A stretch of 64,000 bases of DNA from Trichosphaerium sp. ATCC 40318 (lineage: Eukaryota > Protista > Tubulinea). Positions 37,501 through 50,221 of the stretch are shown here, in pieces. The DNA is taken from contig JALMLS010000009.1 of the NCBI GenBank assembly GCA_038496445.1, forward strand, positions 1 to 64,000, given 5' to 3'. The notes under the pieces are model-generated. The model was not told the origin of the DNA. It did not search any database and worked only from the letters and a program-made list of their open reading frames with translations. The position numbers and the translations under genes are program-made. Each line of letters opens with the position of its first letter. The stretch's first letter is position 1.

Positions 37501-38859
37501 GAATTATGAAGAAGAAGGAAACCTCCTTGACGAGGTACGGCTGGTCAATTGATTTTTTTTATTACCAAACTTTTTTTGCGGAATGATGATAACATCCATC
37601 CTTGCTCGGAAAATACTTTTTGTATTCCATGTGGACGTCTAAGGGGAAGGGTTTATCGTGCCCTTCCTGACCGCTATTTTTTAAAATAACGCCAAAGCCT
37701 CTTCTAGTTAGTGTTGAGTTTTCTGAAACTGACCTTCAACTTACTAGGGTATCAGAAATTTTCCTCGTTTTCCGAAGTTGTGGATGATGCGTGGTCAATT
37801 ATGGGAAACGCTTGGTGACAAAGAGAAAGCAAGAGCAGCATATCAAAGAGGATTGAAACTAAATGCTCACTCAGTTGCTCTATGGCTATGTGCAAGCCGT
37901 CTCGAGTTTACTATGTATGGCGCTGCAAAGGTACAGTTTTGTTCTCTTTTTTTTGCACGTGACTTCATTCTTTTAAAACTCGGTGCTTAAAATTAGTTCT
38001 TTAACTTGTTGAAGTACTATATAGTTGTCTTATGACATGACTACTGGTGTTATATTGTTATTTTCTAATGAGTTTTTTTAGACTCGTGCTTTGCTTGAAA
38101 AAGCGAGACTTCATAATAGAAAAAATGCTCGTCTTTGGCTTGAATCTGTGCGTGTTGAAATTAAGAGCAGTGATAACAAGAACGTGGCTACAAGTGTTCT
38201 CGCTAAAGCGTTACATGATTGCCCTACAAGTGGTATTCTTTGGGCAGAGCGTATAAGACTTGAGAAGGCACCACAGAAACGTGCTAGGTCCTTTGATGCA
38301 CTTAAAAAGTGTGATCAAGATCCTTATGTCATGTTGGAAGTAGCAAAGTACGTACATAGTTTTTTATCTTTAATGCAATTGTACAACATGGAGAACATTT
38401 ATTTGTTTTATGAAAGTATTACTTTGAAGTTTTCTAGTTGTTTTTTAGAACACGTGTTATTTTATTTGAATGATTAGACTTGTGTTTTTTTTGAAATGTA
38501 CTGATGCTTTTTGGTTTAGGTTGTTTTGGAAAGATAGAAAGATCAACAAAGCACGTACTTGGTTCAATCGCGTTATCAACAGACAACCAGATTTTGGTGA
38601 TGCTTGGGCAACTTATTATAGATTTGAGGTTCAGCACGGTACAGAGGTATGCAACAAAGGGAAATCCATTGTGGTGTAAAAAAAAAAGTGTTTGTCTCAT
38701 TTTTCTATTTAGGAGCAAAGAGAAGCGCTAAAGAAAAAGTGTATTGATGCTGATCCACGCCATGGAGAATTATGGATAAATATATCAAAATCTATTGAAA
38801 ATGAAGCACTAAAACCTGGACAATTACTATTAAAGGTTGCTGCCAGTATTAGGATGTAA
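34505..38859 (+). CDS. PRPF6: Pre-mRNA splicing factor PRP6 (U4/U6.U5 tri-snRNP, HAT repeats)
   Basis: [60 protein letters not shown] and DPRHGELW motifs. Confidence 0.97.
37578..37674 (+). ncRNA. Intronic box C/D snoRNA, predicted guide for U6 snRNA Am70
   Basis: Lies in the 213-nt PRP6 intron 37535-37747. Terminal stem GCGG/CCGC, perfect box C ATGATGA 37583-37589, guide CATCCTTGC 37597-37605 (complement of U6 GCAAGGAUG), D' CGGA, C'-like ATGTGGA, box D CTGA 37667-37670. Confidence 0.85.
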
Positions 38860-39519
38860 AAAAAAAACTTGGTAAAATAAATAACATCTTGGTGTCAAAA
38901 AACGTCAACAATTGGTCGCAAAGTGGTTTTCTGCATACGCCAAACACATGTTTGAAAACACTACAATGTATTTGTTGTCATTGAGGCTAAGGCGGGCTAA
39001 AACTCGCAGGAGAAAGCATTCTCTTAGAAACCATCAAACGCTTGTTTATACTATGTTAGCTTTTCTACACCTAGCCACGTTTGAGACTGAAGTTGATATC
39101 CAAATTTTGAATACGGTGAAACTCAGCTAGGAAGACTAAGTCGCTATACATACACAACAAGATGCAGAGAAATTTACCCAAAAGGATCAGCACTAAATAC
39201 CTTTCTGCAACTGAAAGACTTTTCAATGCTAGGTGGCAAACAACAGTATGTACTGGCCTCGGACCTAAGCAAAAAAAAAGATCATAAACGGTCCAATGGA
39301 CCAAAATCAAAGGGAGTAAGTACCCTTGAGATCTGAAAAAAAAGATCCAAAAAACATTGATTGTCATTGAACTTGTAATTCGATTGAATCAAGAGTAACA
39401 GTTGTACAACGTTTGTTTGAATAATAGTATAAATATGCTAATGTATAGCCAAGTGCTAAGGAAGTTGTACATTATCTATGGCGTGTTTGTTCAAAATAAA
39501 TTGACACTCAGTGATTGTT

Positions 39520-40927
39520 TCATTTTTCATTCTGTTCTTTCTCTTGTCTTTGTTGTTCTTGCTGTTGCTTGAACAGCTCAGGCATATCTATTTCCTCCAA
39601 TTCAGGAACAAAATCGTCAGGTAGTGGCTGACCTTTTAATACAATATCAACACCCCTATTAGACATTTGAGATGAAGGAGAAGAGAAGAGAAGTTTAAAA
39701 CTTGTAGATAAATAAAGGTTGTGAAACCGAAAATTATAACATAAACACTTACATGACATCCACAAGTGCTTTATCACGTGCTAATAGAGCTAATGTATAA
39801 TCTACTTTCTTTTTTAAAAATGGCTCATCAACAACAAACCTTGCAGAAACCGCTAAATAAAGGAATAAGAACCAAACAAAAAATGATATACAAACGAACA
39901 TTTTCTGCTGTTTCCATCTTTACCATAGTCTGCTAAAGCATCCGCAAAGTCGACTTGTTTTTCAGGAGGAACCGAGATACTAAACGGCAAGAGATTAACA
40001 TTATTATTCATACCACCACAAAGAAAGCAAACGTACTTTTCAAGTGGGATTTCTTTTTCATCTTTGAACTTTTCATACCAATCTACATAATTTTGATGCA
40101 TGTTTTTTCTTCCATGTTTCCAAAACTCACGTGATAATGGGTAGTACCAGAATGACTTTTTTAAAGTACGCATATATACAGTACGTTGTAACTTATTATA
40201 TATCATTTCTTGTGGCTGTGTGGCCATAGTGGTCGTAATGATACTAAATGAAAATCAGCCAAAAAAAAACCTAGAAAAAACCTAAACAAATTTGGTCTTG
40301 TCATCCCTACGGGCTCTGAATGAGGCTCGACACACTTCGAAAGTGTTGCATTTACTATGTACCTTACTGCAACGTAATCCCAAATACCCTATGTAAGAAT
40401 TAAGGGCATGACAACGCTGTACAAAAAAAAAAAATGCAACACTTTTAACAACATTAAAACGGTGTTAAAGTCGTACCAACAGTCCACACATTGGTATTAC
40501 TGCACTAAAAAACATCTCAGGTGGTGTTACTAGACCCAGAATAATGACTGCAGGAACAGTATACGCAACACCAACAAGCGACATGAAAAGCCTTTAACAG
40601 TCGTTAATATTAACTCTAAGAGCGAAAAGAGTGCCTTAGGAGCCATTAAACGTACCTTGGATCTGGTTCTAACCTACGATAGAGAACGATCCGATTTGGG
40701 TCTTCATTAGCGTATTCGTCTTGTTCTAGGCGTTTTTAAGGGGCTATCAAAAAAAACCGTTTTAACTGACCTTCGCGTATTACTCCGCTGGAGTGAAAGC
40801 CTCTGTTTGGTGATGGTACTCCAACTACCTTTACAATACGTCGCGTTGAACGGCAAAATAGCGTTTTTCGTGTAACTTTGTCATTACGAGCGAAAAATGA
40901 AGAACAGAGTGTTCTACGGGCTAACAT
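39520..40927 (-). CDS. Hypothetical protein with mitochondrial-type presequence and TM segments, multi-exon
   Basis: MLARRTLCSSFFARN..RGFHSSGV presequence-like start; hydrophobic exon (LFMSLVGVAYTVPAVIILGLV); spliceable downstream exons. Confidence 0.6.
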
Positions 40928-41185
40928 TTTATTGACACTTCAGTTAGCATTGACTACGTTGGTTTACTCTGTAGAATTCCTCCAGAGCAAAGTGGCACTT
41001 TGGTATTCACCGAATTCATCAGCGTTGCCTTTATTGTTTTTGCAAACAAGGAGACCCGATCAAGCTCAATGTGTATGAAGCAAAGAGATAATTACACATT
41101 GTGGATAAGACATCATAACGTAGTTGAGCGTTGTATAACTCCAAACAAGAAATAGAAAGAGCAGGACCAAAAGGTGAACCACATT

Positions 41186-42840
41186 TTATTTTTTAGAATT
41201 GTTCAATACAGTATCAAGCCAAGACAAAAAATAAGCATTTGCATTCTCTGTAGACGATACAGCCGAGTGTAATGCAATACCAGTGTCAATATCAGGTGAG
41301 TATAACTCTGTATGAATATTCAAAGGCCTTGGCAAGGCCTCAAAGAATAAAGCAGAGGCATTCTTTGCCAATGTATCCAACTTCGGATTATCAACAATTA
41401 CAGGTCTTGACGCAAATCCTTCAATAACATCACCCATTATAAACGCTTCGGCTTTATCAAGTACTTGACCTACAGTAGACACTTGGAAGCCAAGCGATCC
41501 CCAATATTGGAGGAACTGGAGGCTGTATGAGTACGGCATGGCTTCTCCCATTAAATTGTCAAAAGCTGGTCGGTTGTTGTAGAATAAGTTGCGTATATCA
41601 TCCGGAAGATTGCACATCGTGAGTTGATAGAAGTCAAGAATACCTCCGTCTAGAATCGCTGCAGCTAGTCTTTGCTCCTTCGCATATGCTCTAGCACATA
41701 AATAACCGCCAAAAGAGCGGCACCAGATGGCTATCTTCATGTTTGCGCCTAAACGAACAAGTTTAGAATACAACATGTTTAGCGGACAACTTTTCATTTT
41801 CAGCAAAACCAAGAACACAACTGTTAGTCACACGTCATGTTATATCGCCTTTTCCCTTTCGGGAGCATGCTCATGGTTGCGAGTGTTGTGATAATTGATT
41901 ACAGACTACAAAATTGTAATGACTTACCAAACTTGGATTGTATCCAATCTACTGCTGGTGTAATTGCTGCTTCAAAGTTTGGTATGAATGCTAACTTTTG
42001 AAATCTGCTGGCACTTCCTTGTCCTGGACCTTCTAGTATCAAAACGTTGTATCCTTCATCAAGCGCTGCTACAGCAACTTCGTGAAAAGTAAAAAGATTA
42101 CTCGAGTCAAATCCTCCTACAGCGATGATTGTCGGTGTTTGTAGGTCCCTGCCAGGGCACCAATATCCAGGTAGTGTCGTGTTATCATATGGAATGCGAA
42201 CTGACAAACATCCGTGAGAAATGTTGACAGCCTTTGTAAACAAAGCTACTGACATTGTGTAAAGATCGAGATTGTCAGGATCTGTATGGTCACCGAAACG
42301 ATCAGCGATTTGATAATACGTTGCTGCCATGTGATAATGTTTTGCTGCTATATTTGCTCTACCATTAGCGGCTTGAGTGTCACCACTCGAGGAGTGTCTG
42401 TCAGCGATTCCTTTCCATTGTAATTGCCAAGTGTTTGTTACAACGTTCAACGGTACTGAAACTGGGTCTATCTTCTCTTCAAGTACTCTGAGCGCATATC
42501 TAGCGCCTATTAGCAGGTTCTAAATATCACGTGACGTACATATACTCAGCCAGGTCTACGCCACCAGTACCGCCCAGTGCGAACCCTATTTGAGCTTCAA
42601 ACTGGATAGAACCTCTTCCTTCGCGTTTTGTGGAGTTGCCTTCAGTTTCTTCAAAGTTTTTGAAGGCCACAAGAAAGCGCTGGAGTTCTACAGGGTCTAT
42701 AGGACGGTTGAAAGACGTGCAGTCGACTTGTCGGCTTGCTGATGCAGTTAAAACGGTACATAGCAGTATTGCTGCGAAACCTGTGCGAAACATGTTAAAT
42801 CACGTGTTGTTAGTTGTCACATACCAAGTAAGATGCGCAT
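41186..42840 (-). CDS. Secreted alpha/beta hydrolase (2,6-dihydroxypseudooxynicotine hydrolase/FrsA-like)
   Basis: Signal peptide; IPYDNTTLPGY, GGFDS, EGPGQG and RSFGGY nucleophile motif. Confidence 0.85.
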
Positions 42841-43392
42841 TTGTTTAAAACTGTTTTGGAAACAATTTCGTGAATCTCTTCAAAATATGAGAAAGGTCAA
42901 GAGATTAAGTCTCCAAATGATTTACATCCATGAGATGCAGTGTTAGCCACAAAGCGTAAACAATCACCAAAGCAAGGTACTTCAAATTAGCAAAAGAGCT
43001 GCAACTTAATTCCTTTATTTACAAGACCAACTAATAGCAAAACACTGCCAAGAAGCGATAAAAACTGTCAACCAAATGAACATACAGAGACGCAAAAGCC
43101 AGTGTAAACATACACACCACTGGCATGGATGTTATAGTCTAGAATACCCGTCCTAAGTACAAGACGTAGACCACACCAAAACGAAAGAATAAATAAACCT
43201 ACAAGCTTGTAGAATGTCCACTATCTTGCGTTTATGTTGATGAACTTAGGACTGTGAGAATAAATTCTACTTACGACAAATATCAACAGCAGTGTTCTAA
43301 CATGAAAAGACTTTTCCTAACGAAACCGGCTTGATTTTGTGAACTTATTAATACATTTTATTTGGCTACTGCAACAACTGTTGGCTTTTTTT

Positions 43393-45755
43393 TTATGATT
43401 TTGCAGCTTTTTTGGTTTTATTTGCTTTATAGCAATCTTTACATACTTTACTCTTCCTATCGAGTGCTTCCAGATGTGTAGTCTTATTGCAACAAGATTT
43501 ACAAAATATCTGGCCACATGCCCTACAATGATGACGCCTTCTCATTGTGTTAAAATTGTTGCCACATCTGGTACAACTCTTCACTGCTTTATCAGCCTAA
43601 AATCATATTGTTACTACAAGTGAAAATGTCACGTGATTCTATGATAAAGAATTTTTGACTTACAACCCAGTGATCTCTTTCTTTATCTTTGGACATAGTC
43701 AGGCGCAAACTGTGTTTTTGTCGAGGCTCTGTCGGCGTTTCTACGCGTAATTAAGATAAAGTTTCACAGCAAAATATACGTACGATTGGCAAGTACTTGT
43801 AAAGTACGCCATCTATAAGCATTGACCGCATCAATAATTGATTTAATAAGTTGATACCTAAACAATTCATTAGTTTAAAGCGGTTGTGGCTCTTTTTTTT
43901 TGCTAATATTAACCTTTCTGTTGGTGTATCATTCTTTAACAGATATGTCTTTTCAGCAGACTTTAGATGCCACATACACGTGTATACTACATTGATACAC
44001 ATTAAAATAATGTCATAGCTACGAACAAACTTACTATCAGTATCGTTTACTCTCTTTAATCCAATTTCAGTAAAATCAACTTTCTGCTTGAAGCGATAGG
44101 CACCTTGCTTGTCCTGTATAATTTTTCCTAATATTATTACAGTTAGTTCATATCACTAAACCATTCACAAACGGTTTGGGATTTCAGATTTCGCGCTAGA
44201 AAATAAAGAAAAAGGGAGTAAACAAAAAAAACAAAAAGGTGGTTGTGCGCACCGAGAACAACACAGTCATTGAATAAAAACAAAACACCAGGAGACACAT
44301 AGTTATTTGCAATAAGCGTAACTTCCTTTTGAGCAATAAAAATACGATGAGGATCAACAAGAGATTCGTGTGGGCCAACAAAGCTACAAAACAATCAGAA
44401 TCTTTGACTGTTATAAAAAAAAAATCACGTGATTTCGTTTTACCTGTGCTGTATCGTGTATGTCTTTTGTCTGTTTTCACATTCTTTCATTTTTTGGTTA
44501 ATCTCATCTGCAACACTTCCAACACCTTTAACTGCCTTTGTAAGAGCTTCAAAATCTGGATGATCGTCATCTGTATTTTTTAGAAGCTCCTGAAGGAGTA
44601 GCCTGTATCGAGGAATACCTTTAGGATTAGTACGTCCAAATGGAACTCCGGTAAAAAAAAAGTTATACTTTTCTACTTACGTTGAATTGGCCTACGCTCG
44701 TAATTAGCAAACAGTGCTGTCAAAATCAATTCAATATTAAAATTTTAGTACATGATCATATAAGATGGTAAATTCAATCCTCTTGCTTTTGGCTTCAATA
44801 AACAATCCTACAAAAAAATGTCATGAAAAAAATAAGGAATTTAGGAAAACGCTGGTACCTCCAGAAATTGGCTAAATTCCGATGAATTCGTAGTCTGCAC
44901 ACAAATAAGTATAAATTACTATTAATTAATTAAGAGTGCTACCTTTTCACTAACAAGCGCCATGCTAGCGTTATAACCGTTAGAGTACTCAATATAAACC
45001 TTTAACGTTGGTGCAATACTAAATACAATAGTAAGCAACAATAAATAACTCAATTGTTATTTTCCTCTGTCACATACGTGCAAAATAGAGGTCCAACCAT
45101 TGCATGAGGAGTCCAATTTGTAACAATGTCTTCAAGTTGACCAAGCCAACCTTTATGAAGCTTAAAAATCGTATCAACGTTTATGAAGATAGTCTTGATC
45201 TCTTTCTCCTCGCAAATGCATTTCTTGGTTTTACTACTATCTTGTAGAGGCATCACAAACAACTATTTAAAATATAGTAAGCCAATAGAATGTCATTTTA
45301 AAACAACGCAAAAAAAAATTACGATCACGTGATTTTTTACTGTGAAAAAACCAAAAAGTTGTTCTCACCGTTATGATTCGATTTAGATTATTAATATACT
45401 TCTTTTCCGTTTGTAGGAGTTCCATAGCTACACGATGACGCGTTGACGTTACTTTTACATCAATTTTTGATTGTCTATCGACAAAAGAAGGCTCGGGACG
45501 CCCAACCATGTCATCTTTTGGTGTAGATTCAGGCTCAGGCTTTATTGTAGAGTCAGGACCCGTTGATTGGTTTGCGACGGGAACAGAATAAGTTGTGGCA
45601 CGCGGTTTTGACTTCTGATTCGATACTTGTTGTTCTGGGTGCATAGTACCAACTGAATTACTTCTTCGTGGCGCTACCCATATTGAAGGTATTCCTTCTC
45701 CGCCGGTAGGGCCTTCAGGGAAAGTACTTGCTAACCTCTGCCTGCTGGCAGCCAT
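43393..45755 (-). CDS. RhoGEF with DH-PH-FYVE architecture (FGD/frabin-like)
   Basis: ELLQTEKKYI, PIQRIPRYRLLLQELLK (DH), LFLFND (PH), and FYVE motifs WVADK..CTRC..RRRHHCRACGQIFC..VCKDC. Confidence 0.93.
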
Positions 45756-46026
45756 TAAGATCAAAACCCACAAAGTTGCTTGCGCAAGCAGACTTCAGTT
45801 GTGAAAAAAAAGTCAACGGTTGTTCGTCAACGCTAGTGACGTTATTCTTTAGTACCAACACTTTAGCTTGCTTGCGCGGGTTTTTGCGTAAAGGCGGCTT
45901 TTGTGTTCACACAGAATTCAGTTGCTGTTTTTTGTTTGTTAATGTACAAGTCGCAGCTTCCGCTATATTTTCATCCAAGGCTTACGCCTGTATGCATACT
46001 TGATCGTAGGCGATAATTTCGCTCAA

Positions 46027-48681
46027 ATGGCAGTATTACGCTCAGTGAGCGCCTATGTACACGCAAACGACGTAGTAGACGCTAAAACGCGCACTGGCGA
46101 AAGAAAAAAGCTTTACACTCGGTACGTTTACATTGTTAGTATTTATTTATGACAGGAGCGATAGAAAATCGAATGGATTTTGGACAGATGAGCGTCAACG
46201 GCTGTGGCTCACTAATTTTGCACAAAAATCACGAATATTCTCCTACGACGGATGGTATAACATAACAGGACAATATCTGATAGAATCAGGTTCATCAACC
46301 ATAATTAAAAAGTACAATTGGCACTTTTTATGTAAATCAGTCGAAAATGAAAAATCTAATGGCTATCAGATATGACGGTTCTATCTATCGCGCTCTTTCT
46401 ACTCTTTTCCCAGAGCACCCTTGGAATAGCACAGAATTCGCGTACCGCTTTTGTCGTCCTAGCCATACCTTCTCATTGCTCTGTAGGAACGCTCCTCATC
46501 GATACTGGGATAATAAAGATAATCAAAGAGCAATGTTTGACAAGATTGGTGTTAAATTAGGTGTATCAAAACCAACTGATTGGTACAAGTTCACCTTTCA
46601 AGATCTTATTAAACACGATGCTGGGAGTGTTATAAATAAGTATGTTTCATTTACTCTAGTTTGTTGAGAGTACTTGCTTTGAAACTAACACATTTAAACT
46701 TTTAGATACGGTGGTAGTTACTCACGAACAATAATGTCAATTTATAATGAAGTAGATTGGCAACAAAGCGAATTTGACATGTCGTAAGTGTCAAAATCAA
46801 TTTTCTTCAAAATGACATTTTCAGCAATGATCGACACCTTGTGCGTTTCTGTTTATTTTTGCTTAGAACAAGATTAAAGAGAGTAAAAGCTATACGTAAG
46901 GGAGCCAAAGATAAAACTAAAGATATTTTGTTACGCTACAAAACGAAAACAACAGAAGACTGGAATAAAATTGCTACAAGACTTCGGAACTTAAAGAAAA
47001 ATGGTGTGACTTCATCGTACGTCATGGTTTTCTTAATTTTCTATTACATATCACAAAAATAATATCCTTAAATCTTGTTAGATTGTCTATAAACAGACTG
47101 CTTAATAGACTGTATCCAAGGCATAAAATAGAAAAAGTGCTGACAGCGTACGAAGATTTTGAAAGAAAATGTCACTAAAAGTCCGCTCATTACTCCTTTA
47201 GAAATAGAAGTAACAAACCAAGGTTTCAGAGTATTAGCGAGTTACAACCACAGAAAACAAAAAAGCAAAAGGATCCCGATGTACCCAGAAAACGGTACAA
47301 ACTTTACAGGGTTTTTAAGAACTGTTTTTCAGTTTTAGCCAACTCCGTTAGGAAGAGTATTAAACAACGAAATCTCCGCAAGCTTGGTACTACAACACGA
47401 AATAGCTTAGACCATGTCGTAGCAAATCAACGTGACTACCTGGAAAACGTTGTTAGTGAGCAATTGCGAGTTTTCCATTTAGACGATTGGTATCATGTTA
47501 CTCTATCCAACTTGAGTGCCAAAGGTGCTGTGTGGCTTACAGACAGGTACTATTATTAAACACATGACACCTCATTGAATTTTGTAGGTACCATGGATCA
47601 TTGGTTAGGCTGTTGTCAGCAGTATATCCATCCCATAATTGGGAGGAATGGAGATTTCGGTAAAATTTATTGAACGCTTTATAAAATGTATTAAACTATC
47701 TGTTTTAGTGTAAATACAAGAGAACTCAGTTCTTCCAATGCACTCACAAGATGTATCAATGCTATAGCAGATGATTTACACATTAAAGATATGAACATGT
47801 GGTTAGTTTGAGCAAGTTTTTTTTCGTACTTTAATACATTATAGGTATCGTCTTTCTTTTGAAGAAATTTCTAACTACGGCGGACGTATGCTCTTAAAGT
47901 ACTACCCAAGAATACTGCAAGTAATGTATCCTAATGTAAAGTGGCGTTGGAACGAGTTTGGGATCTACAACAAGAAGTCTAAACAAAGGTACAAACCACT
48001 AACTTGTTGTCTAACCAAACATGATAAAACAAATATCTTTTCACCTTATACTTTGCGTAGATGGCTTCTAGAGTGTATTAAAACCTTATTCCCAAACACA
48101 CGCGTCGAAGAAGAGCACGCAATTGGCGGTAGCTTTAGCATGAATGGCATTATAGCAACAGTGGATGTATTCATTCCACTTTACAACTTAGCTTTGGAAT
48201 ATCAAGGTGCTATTTTTAACTCATTAGAAATATCACGTGTAATTAATTAACAATCTACTTATTTTTAGGAGAACAACATTATCATGATTATCATGTATTA
48301 CCTCCTTCTACATTAACAAAAGCGAGAGATTTAGAAAAAGTTGGGCTTATAAAAGATGCCGGTAAGTTTTGGGTTTTTTACAATGTTTTTGCAGTTTTTA
48401 TTTCAATCTCTTTGATTCACATTAAAATCCTTTCTAGGTTTTACGTTCATTCCAATTCCGTACTGGTGGAATGGAGATATTGAAACAATTGCTGCCACAA
48501 TCTCACAACACCTGCCTGAACTAGAGTTAAGTGTTAACAGCTCCGCAAAGCCTCTAGCAGAGTTCGAAACACACTTGCAATTGCCAGGTACTCTTTTTTT
48601 TGAACAAAAGCGCTTTTTTCTTCACTACATGCTAACTACGACTCTCAAGTATGTAACGTGAACCTCATGACGCCTATGTAA
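46027..48681 (+). CDS. Trp-rich helical-repeat protein with C-terminal PD-(D/E)XK (Vsr/DUF559/RAP-like) endonuclease domain, about 15 exons
   Basis: Four to five repeats W..NQR..F...LG...DWY....L...G...K/R-YxGS...L...YP...W...F; C-terminal VDVFIPLYNLALEYQGEQHY..RDLEK..GFTFIPIPYWW. Confidence 0.8.
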
Positions 48682-49038
48682 AATAGCCACGTAGCATGTA
48701 AGCGACGTGGCAGGAAGATGTAAATAAGTGAATGGTAAAAAACTTCCAAACAGACTCGTAGATTTTATTTACTACGCAAATATACCTCGAATGCGAAAAC
48801 GTAAAATGTTTCAGTTTGGTTTTGGGGTTTTTCCGCAAAAAAAAAACAAATCACGAAAGTGGATCCTGCCTATCTTATACGCGCGTAAGTAATCTAAAGG
48901 AGTGTTTTCTGTTCTTGTATGTCTAAAATAAGGGAGTTTTCGATGACAACAATGTCAACAACTTTAAAATTCCACTCCGAAACAACAATAAACACGTAGG
49001 TTTGTACACGTATTGCATTCTCAACAAATCATTCATTC

Positions 49039-49644
49039 ATGGTACTACTTTCTTGCGTTTCCTTCCTCGTTCAGTGTCGTTTAAACTTTTTTTTACACGT
49101 TACTTCTCATCATTCCAACAGCTTACCTGCGTACTAGTCTGCGATATTTAACTTTCAAAGCCTCCTTGTAGTCATCTTGCTGATTATTTGCACTTGTGCG
49201 TACCTGAGAGAGAAGTATCCAGCCCTTTTAGATCGCAACAAAACAGGGTACGCAGATCTTTCAGCGTGGCATCAAACCGGTCTGATTTACGCTAAAATGC
49301 CTTAACGCCATTCATTAGGTTGATGGGGACATTTTGGAAGGCCGCGAGAGTTGGTAAGCAAGTATTCACATTGACACAAAAAAAAACTGACTCGTTTTAC
49401 CTTGTTGCAATAACCAAACGCGTTTATTCTGACAAGTAAAGAAAAAATAACTAGTTTTATTCAAAAACCTTTCTCTTTTCAAAAGAATTTCTCGTGGAGT
49501 TATACGTGTGGGTTTCTCTTTTCTCCTACTGTATTCCCTTTGTTTGTAAAGCCTTGTATATTCATTGTTTATTTAGGTGAGCGACTGAGTCCCTGGGTGT
49601 CGCTGTGTTGCATCATAATGGGTGTTTCTATTCTCGTAGCTTAG
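49039..49644 (+). CDS. TMEM167: Protein Kish (TMEM167/Ksh1), 4 exons; missed by the ORF track
   Basis: Spliced M|[37 protein letters not shown]|[11 protein letters not shown]|[22 protein letters not shown]. Exon 1 coding part is only the ATG. Confidence 0.93.
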
Positions 49645-50221
49645 ATGCTTTTATAACTTGTTACGAACACTCAGTCACAAAAAAAACCAAACTGGCACTC
49701 ACACTATCATCAAACTTCTTTCAGAAACATTTTTTTTTTCGCATTTTACGAACTGCCAAATGCGTAACCGACAACCTTGTAAAAGACATTCACAAACGCA
49801 CGCAATGGCAACAACACAAGACGACTTGCCCGAAGGAGATGAAATTTTATGGCGATCAAAGATTTTTTTTCAGACTTCAATTACGTATTTGGCAAGTGTA
49901 CTCTACCTAAACATTACGAAACGCCTTTACAACATACAGAACATAGCTACAGTGCTGATGAGTAATTTTATTGTAAGAAAAACGGTTAAAGCCAATTAAT
50001 TTTGGTTCACAGCGTTTTAGCAAACGTTCTGTGTGGTGGCGGCTTGTTTTATGTTATTGAGCCGTATTTAAGGCCTTAAAGATATTGGGCCATTTTCAGG
50101 TTTAGCAGGTCAAACTTTAACTTTTCGTCCCAAGCTAAGAGGATTCGAAAACCTTTCTAGCTTTCTTCTCTGGTGGTAAAGGTTGCCCTAAAGGCGTTTT
50201 GGTGGCTTCCGGACATTTTAC

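Noticed and set aside
49068-49125. ATGATGA..CTGA on the minus strand resembling a C/D snoRNA in a non-coding host
   Set aside because: It is the antisense of Kish intron 1, with no terminal stem and no recognisable guide.
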